From Hormiphora californensis (taxonomy: Eukaryota > Animalia > Ctenophora), in NCBI GenBank assembly GCA_020137815.1, contig CM035362.1, positions 1,240,001 through 1,304,000 of the forward strand: 64,000 nt of DNA, written 5' to 3'. The notes below the pieces were generated by a model. It was not told where the DNA came from and did no database searches. It saw only the letters and a list, made by a program, of their open reading frames with translations. A program made the translations under genes and the position numbers. Positions 11,964 through 27,700 of this stretch are shown in pieces (positions within the stretch are counted from its first letter, which is position 1; each line of letters starts with the position of its first letter).

Positions 11964-14900
11964 GTACGAAGCAGGAGTAGGCATGCAGGGGCGAGTTCAT
12001 CATCAACCATGGGAACAGATTCGCGTGTAAAGAACAAAGAAAGCACTAAATTACCGGAGATTGGCCGGGGATTCCACGGCTTTGGGGGTGGATTCGCTAG
12101 CGCCAAGGCTGCTCAGATCAATGTAGAAGATGTTGATATTGAATTTGAGGAACATGGGAGGTAGTTACATAGTTAACATGACATCACCATAGCATCTGGA
12201 ATCTAATTGGCCCTTGCATCTAGCTAAAGTCCCTTTGATTTATCAATGTAATACTTTTCATTATTTATTAGGTCTGATAGCCGGCAGAGTAACCAAAGAT
12301 TGCCGGGGTTAGTTCTAGATGGAGGAATCCTTGCAAACCAAAAGGTAAAGAAATCATGACCTCCTAATTAGTCCAACTTTAGTTTCATACATGGGTTTTA
12401 TTACTCAACAAGGAGCTGGCCTTGGATCATGATCACATGTCAATAGCTGTACAGTATAGTGTATATTCAATGCTCCTATATTCAGGTTGTTACAAACGAC
12501 CCCCTAGTTCACATTTGTGATGATGATATTGCGTCCTCCCCCCGACAAGGGACCTTCATCACTGTAAGATGAGGCACAACACCGCAATAGCAATTAGCAG
12601 TTAGCACATAATATTATAATTGGCATCTGCGGAATGATACCTCGTATGCTCCTTTCCAACGGCTTTACCCCTAACCGGGAAAACACAGCCTTACTCAAGA
12701 AGAATTATATAGCACCACAAGCAGAAAACTCTTCTTTTCTATCAGAAAAGTCTTAAATTTTAGCGACTTATTCTCTGAAAATTGAAAATCCGATATCTTC
12801 AGCCGAACGCTCAATTCTTAGATTGCACTTTGCTACCTCACTTGTTTTAGCTGAATTAGTCTTTATTTCTTTCCCCAGCCAGCTGTCTTAACTTAGTGTT
12901 GTACTCTTTCAAGCCACATTAATTTTATTGAACTTGGGCCAAAAACTAGTTGATTTAAATTGTTTGCTATAATACAATTCAGTCTCCTTTTGCCTATTTG
13001 CACCAATGATTTAGTTCATCTGCTAGCACACCCCCTTACCCGTGTACATATGTGTCCATGGTGTGTTATTGTCCACTGTGTCTACTATATACTAGGCGTG
13101 TGATGATGAAGATGACGAAGATGAGGATGAAACAAGGGAGGAAGAACCATCGGTAAGTGTCTCCTCCAATCACCATGTCGATTAGTCAATGTTGAGGACT
13201 AAAGGTGGCCGGTTGTTTATGAGAGCGTTGGCTGGTTGGCACCTTTTTTATCAATTTCACGTGGTTAAAAGTAACGCATTTAAAATATTGATGCCAGAGA
13301 AATGCCCGGTTCCATCACAAAGGTCTGACTGACTACCTTCAATCCCTTCATGTAGCGGTAGAATCACACCCACGACTATTCATGTGGTACCGGAATCATG
13401 GTCGCATTCTTATAGGCTGTTGCAATGTAACAGTATTGTAACAACTCCCATGCATGCTATCAGGGATGACTGTATCAATTTTTAGTTGAATGTGTGAGGG
13501 GGATATATCTCTATCTGTATGTGCCACTATATGTTAGATGAGGTGAGGAACTTTATTGTATCTCGTCCCTATCATTCATTGTCTGCACTACTACTACACA
13601 CTCAGCAGTGCACTAGAAAGATTTTCTCACGCATTCACCGCGGTACTAGATAGTGGTTAATTCTGGCAGTCGGCCTCCTTACTTCTTTTTATAGTACACC
13701 TATCTTTCTATATTTCTATCTTTATATCCTCTCAATTTCTCCCTTTGAATATTCACTGTCCACCATATTCGATACTGTTTAACAACTTTCTGAGACGCCG
13801 CGGGCCTGGATCTCGATAGAGAATGTTAAACACCACGATATAGAGATCAGATATAGATACACCTCGACGTGGTGAATGGCAGCGGTGTCGCGAGCCTTCA
13901 AAGGAGAGTTCGATCATTCCTGAGACTTTCTTTCAAACTGATAGCGAGCTGATAATGCATTGAATGCATACTGTTTTACAACGGCCGATGGATAAAAGAA
14001 TATTAGTATATTATACCAAAACTAATTGAAATTAGTAGGCCGGAAAGGTTGCCCTATGATTTGAGCTACCTTTGGCACCAGTACATTCCCTTTTGAAGAT
14101 AGAGTAAGCATCTGTCATACCCTGTCTGTACCCCGTGAATGTTACGGTGGCAAAGATATCTCAAATCATAGGGCAACCTTTCCGGCCTACTAATTTCAAT
14201 TAGTTTTGGTATAATTTGCATCATTTTTGGGATTTTTATCCATTTAGATGTAGTAGAACAGGTACAGAGAGGATGGAATCGCAAAATTGAGAAAATTTCA
14301 TTTTTGACGTCATTTTGACGTCATAAAATGACGTCATGACGTTATGACGTCATAATTATGACGTTATATCATCGGGATTACCTAGATGAAGATACTGACC
14401 AAATTTGAGATCGATTGGATAAGATTTGAGTCCGCTGTGGCGAAAAACCCCATATCGTCATATCTATTTTTAAACAGTCATAACACTTCAGACGCGTTTT
14501 AAGACCCTTATACATGCAGTTTTAAAAATTCGCGATATAGTTTCTGAAAGTTTAGACAATTCTCTTTCCATGATATAGTCTTCGTTTTTCGATTAGAGTC
14601 CGTCTTAATGGTGTAAATTGAGCTCAAAGAAGTTTGGTCAGAGTCTGAAAAATGACAACTTTAAGACGTTCTGTAGGACGTTCCTGGCGATGAAAAGAGA
14701 CCCCATATCGACTAATGCACACACATCCAGTAGATCTACCAGCTGTGAAAACGAGAAGTTTCTATCTCTTTTCGTTTGGCATGAATATGGTTTACAAAAA
14801 GCGTCTCTCCTACCCGCGCGCGCGCGTACGCGCGCGCGTATACGCGTGTTACACTGAAATTTCTGCAAATGGGACCTGTCTGTAACTTCGGTTCCAGATG

Positions 14901-17900
14901 AGATAGAGACTTGAAATTTTAAACTTGAGTCAAAGACCCCAAGCCGGGTATACATTCCAAATTTCAAGTCAAACGGATGAAAGAGAGCCACGCTATAGCC
15001 TTCTGAAATCTGGGTTTTCAGCCAAACACCCATAAAACGTATAACTGCGTTTCTGGCAGCGCTTTTGGGGGAGGGGGAATGGCAACCTTTGCGCTTGCCA
15101 GCGCAGTGAACGAATCTTGGACAATTAACATAAAATTAACTCAAGTATTACAAGTACAATTGACAATTCGACCAATATTTTATGCTTGAAACAGCCCTCT
15201 TCACATTGAATACGTTTATTAGAGGTTAAAAAACAATGAAAACTGAAAAGTGAATAATATACGGATTTATGATATTAGCAGAATACATAATACTACTGCA
15301 TTAGGTTTTATAACGACATTTCTTGTCAAGGACTATATTAATTGTTTTTCACGGTGTGCACTTCAGTTTGCATATGGAAGAAATTACAAATATCAATTTG
15401 ATATGGAGTTTCTTACACACCGCTTTCAATGGAACTGTATCGGTTCAATTGACCCCCGGGGGCACTAGCTTGACTTAAATCCTCTAAAGACTCTGCTAAA
15501 CCCTCCCGTGAGCGCTGTAAGCTCTCCCTAGAGTTTCTCAATCGTGCACTGAACGACCTCCTACGAAACACAGGGTGTCGACCAGATCCGCTCTCAGAGA
15601 TGTCCTCGCGAGAGGAAGTCTGTACAATTGCATCATGTCGAGATTTCCTTTTCCCTGCCACGTTTTCAAAAGATGATCTTAGTAGACTGTCCTTTGATTT
15701 GCTGTAATGCCCTCCCCAACTAGATCGCCGTTTCCGTCCAGCACCCCCCGGTGAGGCCGAGTAACTGAGAGTTGTCTCACGTTCAATCATCAGGGATTTT
15801 GGTTCCCGGGGTAGGGTGTTTACATCAAAAGTAGTCTCCCACTCCATTACCGAGCCCAAATCTGATTCGTCGTCTTCAGGACGGTAGTTGGAAGTAAACC
15901 GGTCGAGTGTCGTTTCAAATTCCATGATTCCTGGTCGTTGTGAAGTTCGAATCAGGGAGATTGGCCGGGCTTTTTGGTACAGGCTGATGGGCCTGATATT
16001 GCGAATTCCATTCAAATCTGCTCCACGAAGAGAAATATCATCCTCAGTATCATCCCCATCCTCAACAGGAAGTTGTTTCATAGAGCGATACCAGTTCTCA
16101 CCCATCTGGGCCGAGGGAAGACCCGAGAAGAATGGAGCTGCAACCGAGATAGAGCCAGTCATACTGCTAGCAGTATCAAACACAGAATCAGTGATGTCTT
16201 CGGAAACATCAAACCCAGTTTCATGCTCAATCAGATCTCTACCAACGCGAGGCGATGAGGAAAGATAAGCTGGGAGAGAGGCCTGTCGACTGAGGTTTGT
16301 GGGTGATTCGTTGTTGATTGTGGTCCTCGTGTATTGACCCTGACTTTGTGTACGTCGAACAGGATCTTTGGGTGATAGAGAGGATGCATTTCTACCACCT
16401 GATTTAGGTGGAGATTTGCTTTTGACTTTCCTCAAGACTCTCTTAATGAAGGAGCCTTGTCTTTCTCGTGGTTCCATTGGCTCTGAAACAGGGCTAACAC
16501 TTCGCTCATCCAGCTGCCGGATTGGCGAGGTAAAGTTCAGCCGTTTGACGGGTCTATCTTGGTCTCTCTTGTACCTTAGATCTGGTGTTGCTGGGATATC
16601 AGGGAACTCTGAAACATCATCACCATCCTCTCCTACCTCTTCCTCGCCTGAACAACTCTCAACTCCACTACCCTCTCCAGAAGAGCTCTCAGTATGTTCA
16701 GATGATGATGAGCTCTCAAAATCTTCCTCCGGCTCTTCAGGGATAACACTCGGGTGAACAAGACGCCAAGTGTAGGCTGGGTTCTTGAATTCCAGTCTAT
16801 CATCATCCGAAATACAATCATCATCTCCATAAGAGGAGCGGGAGAGTCGGAAATCAATGTCACCATCCGATTCTGGTGATGTGTTGGCATCTGAATCACT
16901 GGCCTCGTCCCCTGTTGGTTTCCTTATAACCACCACTGGGGCTAGATCTCTTGAAACTAGGGGTGTCAAGAGTGCATTAATGTTGAGTTCCGGTCCAACT
17001 TCACCTCCACCCCGGACAAAGCGATCATTATCATGGTATTGTGGAGGGGGTGATCGGGGAATTGTCTCAATCTCTGCCATCTTCCTCATTAGACCGTCAA
17101 GACTATCTTCGCTACTGCTGCTACTGTCAACCCCAGTCACACTTTGAATTATCTCCCGTTCTGGGCTACTGACCCTCACTTCCATAGGGGAGTGGGTGGA
17201 CGGAGGTGAGGGAGATCTATCCCTGGGCACTGATACAGCAATTAGAGGAGATAACGGGGTTAACATGTTGTTCCAGTTCAGGTTCAGACTGTTGCTGTTC
17301 AGCGTCGCCTCGTAATCACGTACTGGGTCTCCAGAACGGAATACTGGTGAAACTGGCCTGTTGGTAGTTCTAGTTTTGGTTTCCCTTTTCTCCTCCGAAT
17401 CACTATTAGTTTCGTGATCTGAAGACTCCGCCAACTGCATCCCAATAGAGTATTCTTGATCATGAGATGACAAATGATCACTGCTCTCAGAATCAGTGTC
17501 TCTGCTCTGTATTTGTCCAGGACTGATATCTTCGTCAAGGTGAATATCTCCCTCTACCACTAACTGTTCTCTCTGCTCACAGTAACATGGGCCTACTGTT
17601 GGGAACTCAATGGGATAATCATCAACCTCCTGACCCTCTTCAATATCTGGCTCCCTGTGTCTACAACCCGGAGCATGGACCCTTCTGAAAGCCAGCTCAA
17701 TACTAAGGTGGTCAGCTGATGAGGTATCAGAGGAGAGAGTGTAAAATGAGCTGCCAGGGGTGGAGGTACTGGAGGTATTCGAGTCGAAACTGAGTGGAGC
17801 CAGAGAGGAGTTGTGTGGTGGAGAAGTGGTATTTGGGGATGTTGAGAGAGTTTCAGAAGAGTGTGGGGTAACGGGATGTCGTAGTGACAGGAACTTCCTA

Positions 17901-19881
17901 ACACGATCTGAACTAGCTGTGTCAGGTGCAGTAGGACTAGTTGAAACTGTGAAACTAATGTTCCCACTCTTGTGGTGGGGTCCAAGTGATTCCTTCACCT
18001 CATCACTTATAACAACTGTAAGTCTGATAGGAGTTGTACAGGGAAGGGAGGGGTTGTGGAAATCATAACTGCCATCCCCTCGTTCCACCAAGTAGGGTCG
18101 GTAGATTGCAGTCTGTCCAGTCACTGATGATGATGATTCCTGAGAGTAGAATGTGTTAGATCAAAAATCCGTTATATGCTCTGCTGAATTATGATCGAAC
18201 TTTTAGTAAGATTAGTAACTATAAATTATTTACCGTTTGAGTAGTGCTATCCTCTAAAACCATTGTATCGTCAGACATTGGTCGTTCCACAAGCTCTTGA
18301 CTAGGTTCTATGTTCTAAATCTACTTCCGATTTACACGTTTGACTACCAATGTCACAGGCTGTACTTCCGTGTTACTTCACGTAGTGATGTCACTGGCCA
18401 CAGTATCTTGTCGACACGTGTATTAGACACTGAGTTTACAAGTGTGGTGAAGTAATTGGAACTCACGCGTGTAGCACGTGCGAGTTCTTTCAGGATTTAC
18501 ATCTTGAGATTCCTAAAATAATATGTCAGATGAGAATTGATAGTGGCAGGGAGAGAGAAAGAGTTAAATGAAAAAGATCTGCAAAACAAACATGAGAACC
18601 AGCACGGTACAAGGGAATAGAGCAAAATGAAAATTAGTAAGGAACTGCATATGTTTCTTTTATAGCCTCAACATAAAGAATATTATAACGGGCTTATTAT
18701 TTTCTCAACCGACCGCTATACAAAGACACGTTCAACAACACACAAGTCATGTAGTATGAGACAGTTTCAATGTTTGCTGTCTTCTAAGAGGACGACCAAT
18801 GCGGTGAGACGGAGAGAGAGGGAGAAAGAGAGAGGGAGAAAGAGAGAGGGAGAGGGAGAAAAAGAGAGAGAGAGCTCGCTTACTGAACGACTAACAAACT
18901 GTACTCTATCGAGATTCCAGACTAATACAGACAGATGAAAAGGAAACAACAGAAAGAGTGCAGGAGAGAGAACAATACACAAATAGGAGTTAGAGAAAGG
19001 TAGGATTATATAGGATATGTTATGCTGCTAATGTATACTTGGTTGTATCAACACACACTATCTCACTGCGCAGACAGCATCTCTCTCTCTATACGGAAAT
19101 AGCTAATGGCTACATACATGCACTGATGATGGTGTCACGTGATCAGGTCACGTGATCATATTGAGCCTGCTTCTGCCCACCTTCCATTTTCACAAGAGTC
19201 ATAGAGAGATGTTTTTAGAGCACAATAAGATTGTGTATAATATGATATTAGAATGTTTGACATGATGGTACTAGAAAAATAGAAAATTTTAAAAGCTCGC
19301 CAGAGTGGTACGATATATCTGAGAACCCATGAATCCGGCATGGGGAAGAAACAAAAAAACCAAGCATATAACAATTGTCCACCCTTGTTTAGTTAGTGAT
19401 TGTTAACCACACATGATCAGAATAATATCGGTATACAAACAGTGCTATTCTGTGATAGGAGGCCGGGGGGGGGGGGGGTCTTTCATATGACGGACAGATG
19501 GATGTAATCGAGCCGCGGCAGATAATAATACCCAAATCACATTTCATGACGTCATACCGCAACTGGTTGAAAATGTGGATCGACACCTATAATCGTTAGA
19601 CTCCTATAACTCATGTTATTTAGACGTATTATGATGAGTATTATCATTCCGATAAATAACCGGTGACTTTTAGCTCAGAGAGGAAAAGACAGAGAGATAA
19701 TAATGTAGAGGAAAGAGTAATGGAGAGATCATGTTGAGCATTAAGTAGGGTATGATCAAAGCTTGTTACTCAAGTGCTTTACTCAATCACTCTCCCTCAT
19801 GTTAGTCTCCATTTCTTGTCTCGGGGGAAGGGGATGGTGAAAGTTCTCTCGTTGCAGTGATGCAGTGCTTGTTAATTGAAG

Positions 19882-19947
<66 letters not shown>

Positions 19948-20010
19948 GATCTCTCTCTCACTCCATCTCTCTCTCACTCAATCTCTCTCCCCCCTCTCTC
20001 TCTCTCTCTC

Positions 20011-20077
<67 letters not shown>

Positions 20078-20992
20078 TTCTCTCTCTCTATCTCTCCCTC
20101 TCTCACACTTCTTAATTCTTAGCTTTATTCAAGGTTCATCCTCTTGGTGGATGCTTTTAGGCCCTTTTTTAGGCCCAGGGGACCTGTTAGTACTACCGCG
20201 GCACAGAATTCTTGACACACCCATATGTGCTTCCGAGGGGAAGCAGATGTATTCACTAACTACTGAGTCCTGATCAATTCATGTTGGAAACAAATTTCAT
20301 CATCTATTTATCAATCTTACCCTCCTCTCTCTCTCTCCCTGATCTACCTTCCTCCCACTATCTCTCTGTATCCATCTCACCATCATATGCATGCATCTAT
20401 TATCTCTCTCACTCTACGGGACTCTAAATGTCCCGCCCCATACGAGAGAGTGATTCTGCTGACTGTAGTTGCTATGGGTGCTCGTTATGGAAATGCATAT
20501 CTAATATCTATCTTTTATCCGCATCTTTTATATCTCTCTGTCTTCCTCTCTGTCTATCTTTTTGTGTGTCTGTCTGTCTCTCTCTTCCTCTCTCTCCCCA
20601 TCGTTAACTAATAATCACTGCAGTTATCATAATATCCTACTGGTAAATTTTGTCTACGGCCCTGAATGTCTCCAGTTGAAGAGTCTCCCTCTCTCTTGAG
20701 AGTTCCTTTATTATCCTTCTGTTCCTTTAGGCTTCATCTCTAACAGATCATCCTAGGACATCCCTTAGTCTTGTCCGATTAGGGGAGGCTATTAGAGCCG
20801 CTGCATGGCGCCTGTATCCATTTATGTCTAGTTCCTTGAGCTGTCTACAAGATCAGTTCTTTTATCCTGCTTTATGTTTCTTCTTCTTTATTGTGGCTCC
20901 TTATTTCTTGTCCATCAAAGAGTAATTATCTTTCGAGCTCTATCATCTCTCTCCCTCCCTTCCCCCTCTATCTCTCTATCTCTCTCTCTCTT

Positions 20993-21067
<75 letters not shown>

Positions 21068-21680
21068 TCTCTCCGTCTCTACTATTCCATCTCTCTGTCT
21101 GTCTCTAATTCTAGGTTTTCTTCATTCTCTCTCAACGGACTCTTATTTACAACCATTTATAATGCCGACGCGGACGAAAGCCACTGAAAGATCACGTAAA
21201 TGCATCCCTCTATTTTGCATCGGTTCTATATTTTGATCTCCACAGTAAACTTTGCATATTCTCCAGTGAATGCTATTACTCGCATGTTTCGCGAAATTCT
21301 TAATTTCATTCATCCAATTATTAAACATTTAAGTGCAAAAGCACTCATTGTCCAACTACAATACTCGATCCTGCCTATTGGAAAGTAAGCTGTACATTGT
21401 ACAGTGTACAAATCATACAGTAATGTTTCAAAATAATTCAACACTGCACAATTTGTATCACTTCTTGCCTAACTACTAAAGTACCACTTGATCACTATTT
21501 TATCTAGGTAGTAATTACCACGTGCACGCCGTCTCTAGTTCAACACATGGCCTGTAAAACATGGCCTCTAGTCTCTACTAATGTTGGGAAGATTTAGCGA
21601 AGTTGTGTGCTCGCTACTTCAGCAGATTTTGCCGTTTGACTCTTCCTGGACCACTAATGGGAAGTAAACTTCTTATCCTG

Positions 21681-21772
<92 letters not shown>

Positions 21773-24700
21773 TCCTGTTTTCTTATTTCCTTGTTCACGT
21801 ACGTTATCTCGCTTATTCAAGTGAGCTCTAATTTACATGTAGAATAATTGTAACCATAACATCTTGTTGTCTATCTTGTTTGATCTTGCACACGCCTCAT
21901 TATAATTATAGCAGACCTCTCACAGGATAGGGCTAGGATCGAGGTGTGAGAGAGAGATGGAGAGAGAGAAGCATAGATCAGATTGAAAGATACAATTTCA
22001 GCACGTTGCTTTAATTGGTCCTATATAATGAGTCAGTGAGAGAGAGCCATGTGAGAGCTAACACAAACAATCTCCCTGTACAGTACGTAGGTTTTTGTGG
22101 TTACCGATCGAATTAATAATCCTATTAGCCCAGTAAACAATTCAAAACTTAGACGGAGATCGGTTTAGAGTGAAAGCTGCCACCTCAAAACCTTCAGTGT
22201 TCTCTGTCTTTAGTAAGAGATCCACCAGCTGGCTAGCATTACAGCAACCTTGCACCTGTTAGTTAGAGAACTCCCTACATTTAGCGTCCCTCTTTTCTTC
22301 ATTTTTCATCTGCCCCTAGTTCCTCTCTACTTTAACTTACTCTCCAATTCTCTCTCCCATGTACACTTATCCATTGCTCCTCTCCTCTCGGGAATGAGAT
22401 TGGTGATTTGGTTTGCCAACTTCTGCCGAGTAGCGTGTGTTTGCAGTGTATGCGGCAATATGCCCTCTAAAATACTACTTCTATACTTTACATCTAATCT
22501 TCAATTTGATTTGAAGTCGATATATTTGGAACTTACTGACCGCATTGCTAGTGCATCTCTACATAGTGCACGTACTTCGATATAATTTGTGCAATTCGAA
22601 TTGACTTCCATATAAGTTGTTTGTAATTTAATGCCGTCTATAAGCTACTTACTTACGTCTTACAAGGTTATTAAGGAACTGGAGTTAATTAAACGATATA
22701 ATTTTAATACTGATACTGATCTGGTTAATATCTCATTCGATGCCGACACAGTTTATTGAGGTAAACAATTTGTAAGAATTTATTCTCGGACAAAAGACAG
22801 TCATACTGATCAAAATCCTAAAATTCAACTATATAGATTGCAAAGAAGACTCACACAACAAACCACAGTGTCGCTATTGTAGGCGCAGTAAGCACTCCCA
22901 CAAAACAAACATCAACCCACACATTGCTCACACATATATAGTAAAGTATTCTGAGGGTGGTTGTTACCCTAAATCTATACATAAACAAACAGAAGAAGGT
23001 TACAATGTAAACCCTATACTGAGAGTGAAGTATTCCTCTTAATATAATGAACTTCTCTCTCATTACTTTGTGTGGGTGTCTCTCAACCTACCTTCACCAG
23101 GTGAGTGGGAGCGTGAAGCCTGCCACTGTATTGCCACCCCAAGGAGATGGGAAATACTGTACACTCTGTGCGGAGAAGGCAGCTTCTGAACTGGGAAAAC
23201 TTACCGAGAAGATTATCGAACTGAAACGTATGTGTAATACATTGTGTATAACTCTCAGTTTGCTCTTCCCTCTCTTTAACATTAATTCTCTGCTCCAGTC
23301 GAGGCCGATAGGCAGCAGGTACAGTTTAATGCGACCAAGAGGAAACTGGACAACACCAGCAAGGAACTGAAAACCGCCCAGGCTATGATTGTAACGCTAA
23401 AAAGCCAGAATACGGAGAAAGCAGACCGAATAGCGAAGTAGGTGTGATGGGAATTATCAATTAGATTCATGGTGGTCTCACCAATTGGTTCACTTCCTTT
23501 TCAGAACTCGTATCATTTCAAGCTTCATTCACAACACCATGTCCTCATCTAATCAGCTATATTTCTCGACAGGTTGACCCGAGAAGCAACAATAGGCTTG
23601 TGGGAACGGGAAAAACGGAAACTACTCCAGTTTGCTGATGTTCGTGAAGCCTCATTAGAGATTGAGCTGGGGAGTCTGAAGGAGACGAGTGAGAGGTTCA
23701 GGAATAGAGCACTCGACAGGATAGCCTTCCTTCACGATCAGGTAAACAGGGAAAAGTGCCGGGTGAATTTGTGAACTCCTTCTAATTAGTATTTTACAAA
23801 GCGAGATGTTTTGTAAATTAATTTCATGCTATGATAGCAACAATATCTGCATATTATTACGCAACGTATTCCAGCGTTGAGTTGTCCCCAAAACCGCTTG
23901 TATACCTCTTCTTCTTGTCATAGGTTTACAAGTTGAAGTTAAAGTTATCACTGACCAATCAAGCTGGAAAGATGACCCGTGCTCTGGAGACTGCTGAGAA
24001 ACGTCTATCTGACACACAGAAGGTACCGTGAACTTACCATTATTATGTAATATATAACGCCGGAACACCCCTTGCTCACCTGTAACACCCTCTGTGTAAC
24101 ACCCCTTGCTCACCTGTAACACCTTCTGTGTAACACCCTCTGTGTAACACCCCTTGCTCACCTGTAACACCTTCTGTGTAACACCCCTTGCTCACCTGTA
24201 ACACCCTAGTATTACAAACAGGAGCTGAACGGACAACGGGAACAGTTCTTCAAGTATAAACAGAGTATGGTGGGAATGCTGGCTGGATTTAGGAAGGATT
24301 TCAGGTAAATGAGACTAGAGAACTCGCTGTCCCTTTAACACCTGGATAAGTATTAAGTTGGGTACAAATCCTAATCTCCTTTAATATCCTAACATCCTAA
24401 TCTCCTTTGTTATATTCTAACCCTCCTATACATTTGTAAACTTGCCTGGCTAGACTGTGTTTCGGGCGCCCGTAAAGGGAGGGTTAGAACATAACAATTG
24501 TAAACAAAGTCTAGCTAGGCAAAATCTCCTAACATCCTTTCTCCCTCTCTTTCTCCAGCTACCTTACAAGTCAGGTGGATCCAAAGACCTATGAAGCGAA
24601 CTCTGATTTCTTTGACCACGCTGAGACGTTTGACGTCCTCCTAGAGGACCTGCACAAATCTGCACTAACTGATAAACTAAATGAGAAGGTGGACAGTATT

Positions 24701-27700
24701 CCAGATAAGTTCACTCTGGTAAGTTTGACTGTTTTCACTTTTTAACACACAGTTTCAACCAACTTAAATTGGCACAATATACTTTGAACTCATTTATTGG
24801 TTAGCTTGTGAAAACATGACGGCCTGTGTCAAATCATTTTATCCTGTGCTACAATCTAATCTCCATTTACAGTCGGAAGGACAGCAGAATGAGATGAGAG
24901 GAAGGTTTGCGTTGCAGATGGCAGCCGCAGCAAGAACGGGCAGTAGAGGCAGTAGCAGTGGTTTAGAAACACTAGATCGAGAGGTTAGTATTCAACAATC
25001 AACTAAATCTTAATTACTAGTGTGCTTAGTGCTTAGCAATGATATTCACCATCAAAAGTCACAGGGAAGCATACCACTATACCCCCATTTCTCAGGGAAG
25101 CATGTCGAACGAGGAAGTTCTAAGGCAACTGGAGAATATTGAACAGGCACTGGAAGCACAGGGACAGGCGATCAAAGGTAGCAGTCTGTTTTGAAATTCC
25201 GTTTTGTTTTCAATCCGGTTACCGTAAAGCCATTTATATTTTCGCGGGAATTAATTTTCACGTTTTGGCCTAGACTGGCTTCTGGTGGTCCCTAACGACT
25301 TCACCAGCGTACCAGGAGTGAACTATACTCCTTCATCAATAGTGAAGTCCCACGAAAATTAATTGCTTTACAGTTTACAAAACTCACATGAGTTGCGATT
25401 CCTCTTACTAACTATCTTACTAACTATCTATTATCTAACTAATTGGCTCTCCCTAACGCTAATTGGCACTCCCTAGACTACGATCTCCATGATATAAACG
25501 ACAGTGGAATATCACTAAACGAGTACGAGACCCATAGTGAACTAACAAGAGAGACGCCCCTTAGTGGAATTAGCAAGAGTGTCCGATTTGAGGACGAGGA
25601 TCGAATAGGTTAGTTCGGTAGACTTCAATGAAACTCTAAAACTCAGAATCGAGTATCCGATAGCCTGATTTAGACTTGCAGTTTTCAATAACTCACTCTC
25701 TCCTTCCAGCGGAAAAGTGGCAAAAACGACGATCAATAACAACGCATACATCAGAAAAATACGTCCAAACAGAGGCCATGCAAGAGTAAGTTGTTTTTGA
25801 AGTTCTGCAGCGCCTCACAAATATGATATTCCACATCAAATATTGGCAAATTCATGTGTTGGGGTTACTAAACAAATATTCATTACTTCAGGAGCTCTCC
25901 ACCAATGTCCCGAAAAGGAAAACGAAACCGCCGTACTAAATCATCAGGGGGTGGAAGAGATTCTTCTGCCTCTAGAACACCTACTCCTACCAAGAAAAAG
26001 ACCCCTAAAAAGATTGATGCAGCTGCTAGGGCTCAGCGGGAGGCAGAACTCCAGAAGCAATGGCTCGACGCCAAGAAAACACCAAAATCAGGGGGACAGA
26101 AAAAGGTAAAATTACACCTGGTGCTGTTTGGGTAGCGGTAACTTCTGATTCAAGTTGATAAACTTCCAACATTTTTGCAGAAAAAGCTAGAAAAGGAAAA
26201 GAGCCGGCAAAACACCATCACATTTACCCACCTCCGGGATTTGTATGGAGAGAGGAAGGTATCATCTCTAATTGATAGAGTTACAGGGGCTGTTGATATT
26301 GAAACAGCAGCAGAGCAGTTTCCCAATCTACCTCGTGAGTTGATCGTAATAATGGTGTTTTGGTTGTTAGGTACAATCCCCTATACTATTGGAATTCAAC
26401 CTGTTTTCTCATATACCTTGTAGTAGTTTTGATTTCAAGACAATAAACTGCCCTCTAGGTACCAGTATAGTCGAGGGATTTAGTCAGTTTGTACAGTTTG
26501 ATGGCAATAACGACTATAGATTGGATATCGGGGAGGTCATCAGGGCCATTAGCAGGATCAGTGACCAGGTCATCGAGGCTGAGGAAGTTAAGGTACGAAT
26601 TGAGTTGATATTATCATTGATATCACCACACGTTTCATGCAGCTTCTGTTGGTTTCATGTGGTGGCCCAGGTCTGTCCCGGCGAACAGAGTTGTGTTTGT
26701 GGCACGCGCGGTGACTTTCATTATAAAAACAGTGCGCGATATTGCCGCGCGCACGTGTGTGTGTGGGTGACCGGATTTTCCAAAAAAATTGACGCCCGAT
26801 ATCGCCTGTCTTCGAAGGGCCGAATGGACCGACTGAGCTGTGTAGCATGGCAAGCCTCTCACAGTCTGCTGGTCACTGTTCTCGCTCGCACTACCCTGCA
26901 GTCTACACTCTACACCACACCTTTAATTGCCATGTCTCTCGGCTCTCACACCGGGTCGAAGGTCCGGTGTGAGCTTACGAGAGCCCGAATGAGCAGACTG
27001 CGTACTGCGTAGCATGACAAACCTTTAACAAATGATCTTCCCCCATTTTAGTAGAGTCGATAACTACATCGACCTCTCCCAATTGTTCCAGTTTTTGTCA
27101 CATCTGTTTGGAGCCTCGACACGACCTCTAAACAGGTGTTACTTTTTCACAAACTGTTTTCATCTTGGTGTAATCAGCAGTTGAAATGTTGCTGATCATA
27201 ACAAAAACCTAACTATTTTTTTTCAACTTGGGGTAAAACCATGGGTGTCAAAAGTTAGCTCTAGGTCCCCTGAATAACCATCCGGAGACTCTAAGCGATA
27301 TTTCAAGCCGTTCTCCCGTAATCATTAATCCCGGTGGAGAAAAAAACACAATGCGGACGTACGTGAGCGCTGGCAGGCTGTTTACATGTTATTGTATGTC
27401 TCTCACTCTCTCTGGAAAAACCGCACGTGCGGTTGCGCCGCGCGAGATAACTCTTTCTCAAGGGGGAGAAAAGAGAGAGACGCACATTAACGTTATACAT
27501 TAAAGTTGAGGTTGTAGGCAATTGCACGTACGTCCATACTCAAATATGTGCTCTACCGGGATTAATGATTACGGGAGAACGGCTTGAAATATCGCTTAGA
27601 GTCTCCGGATGGTTACTAAGGGGACCTACAGCTAACTTTTGACACCCATGGTTTTACCCCAAGTTGAAAAAAAATAGTTAGGTTTTTGTTATGATCAGCA

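Noticed and set aside
15888-18068. Plus-strand ORFs overlapping the 903-aa ORF
   Set aside because: Antisense shadows of a Ser-rich coding exon; no independent splice or homology support.
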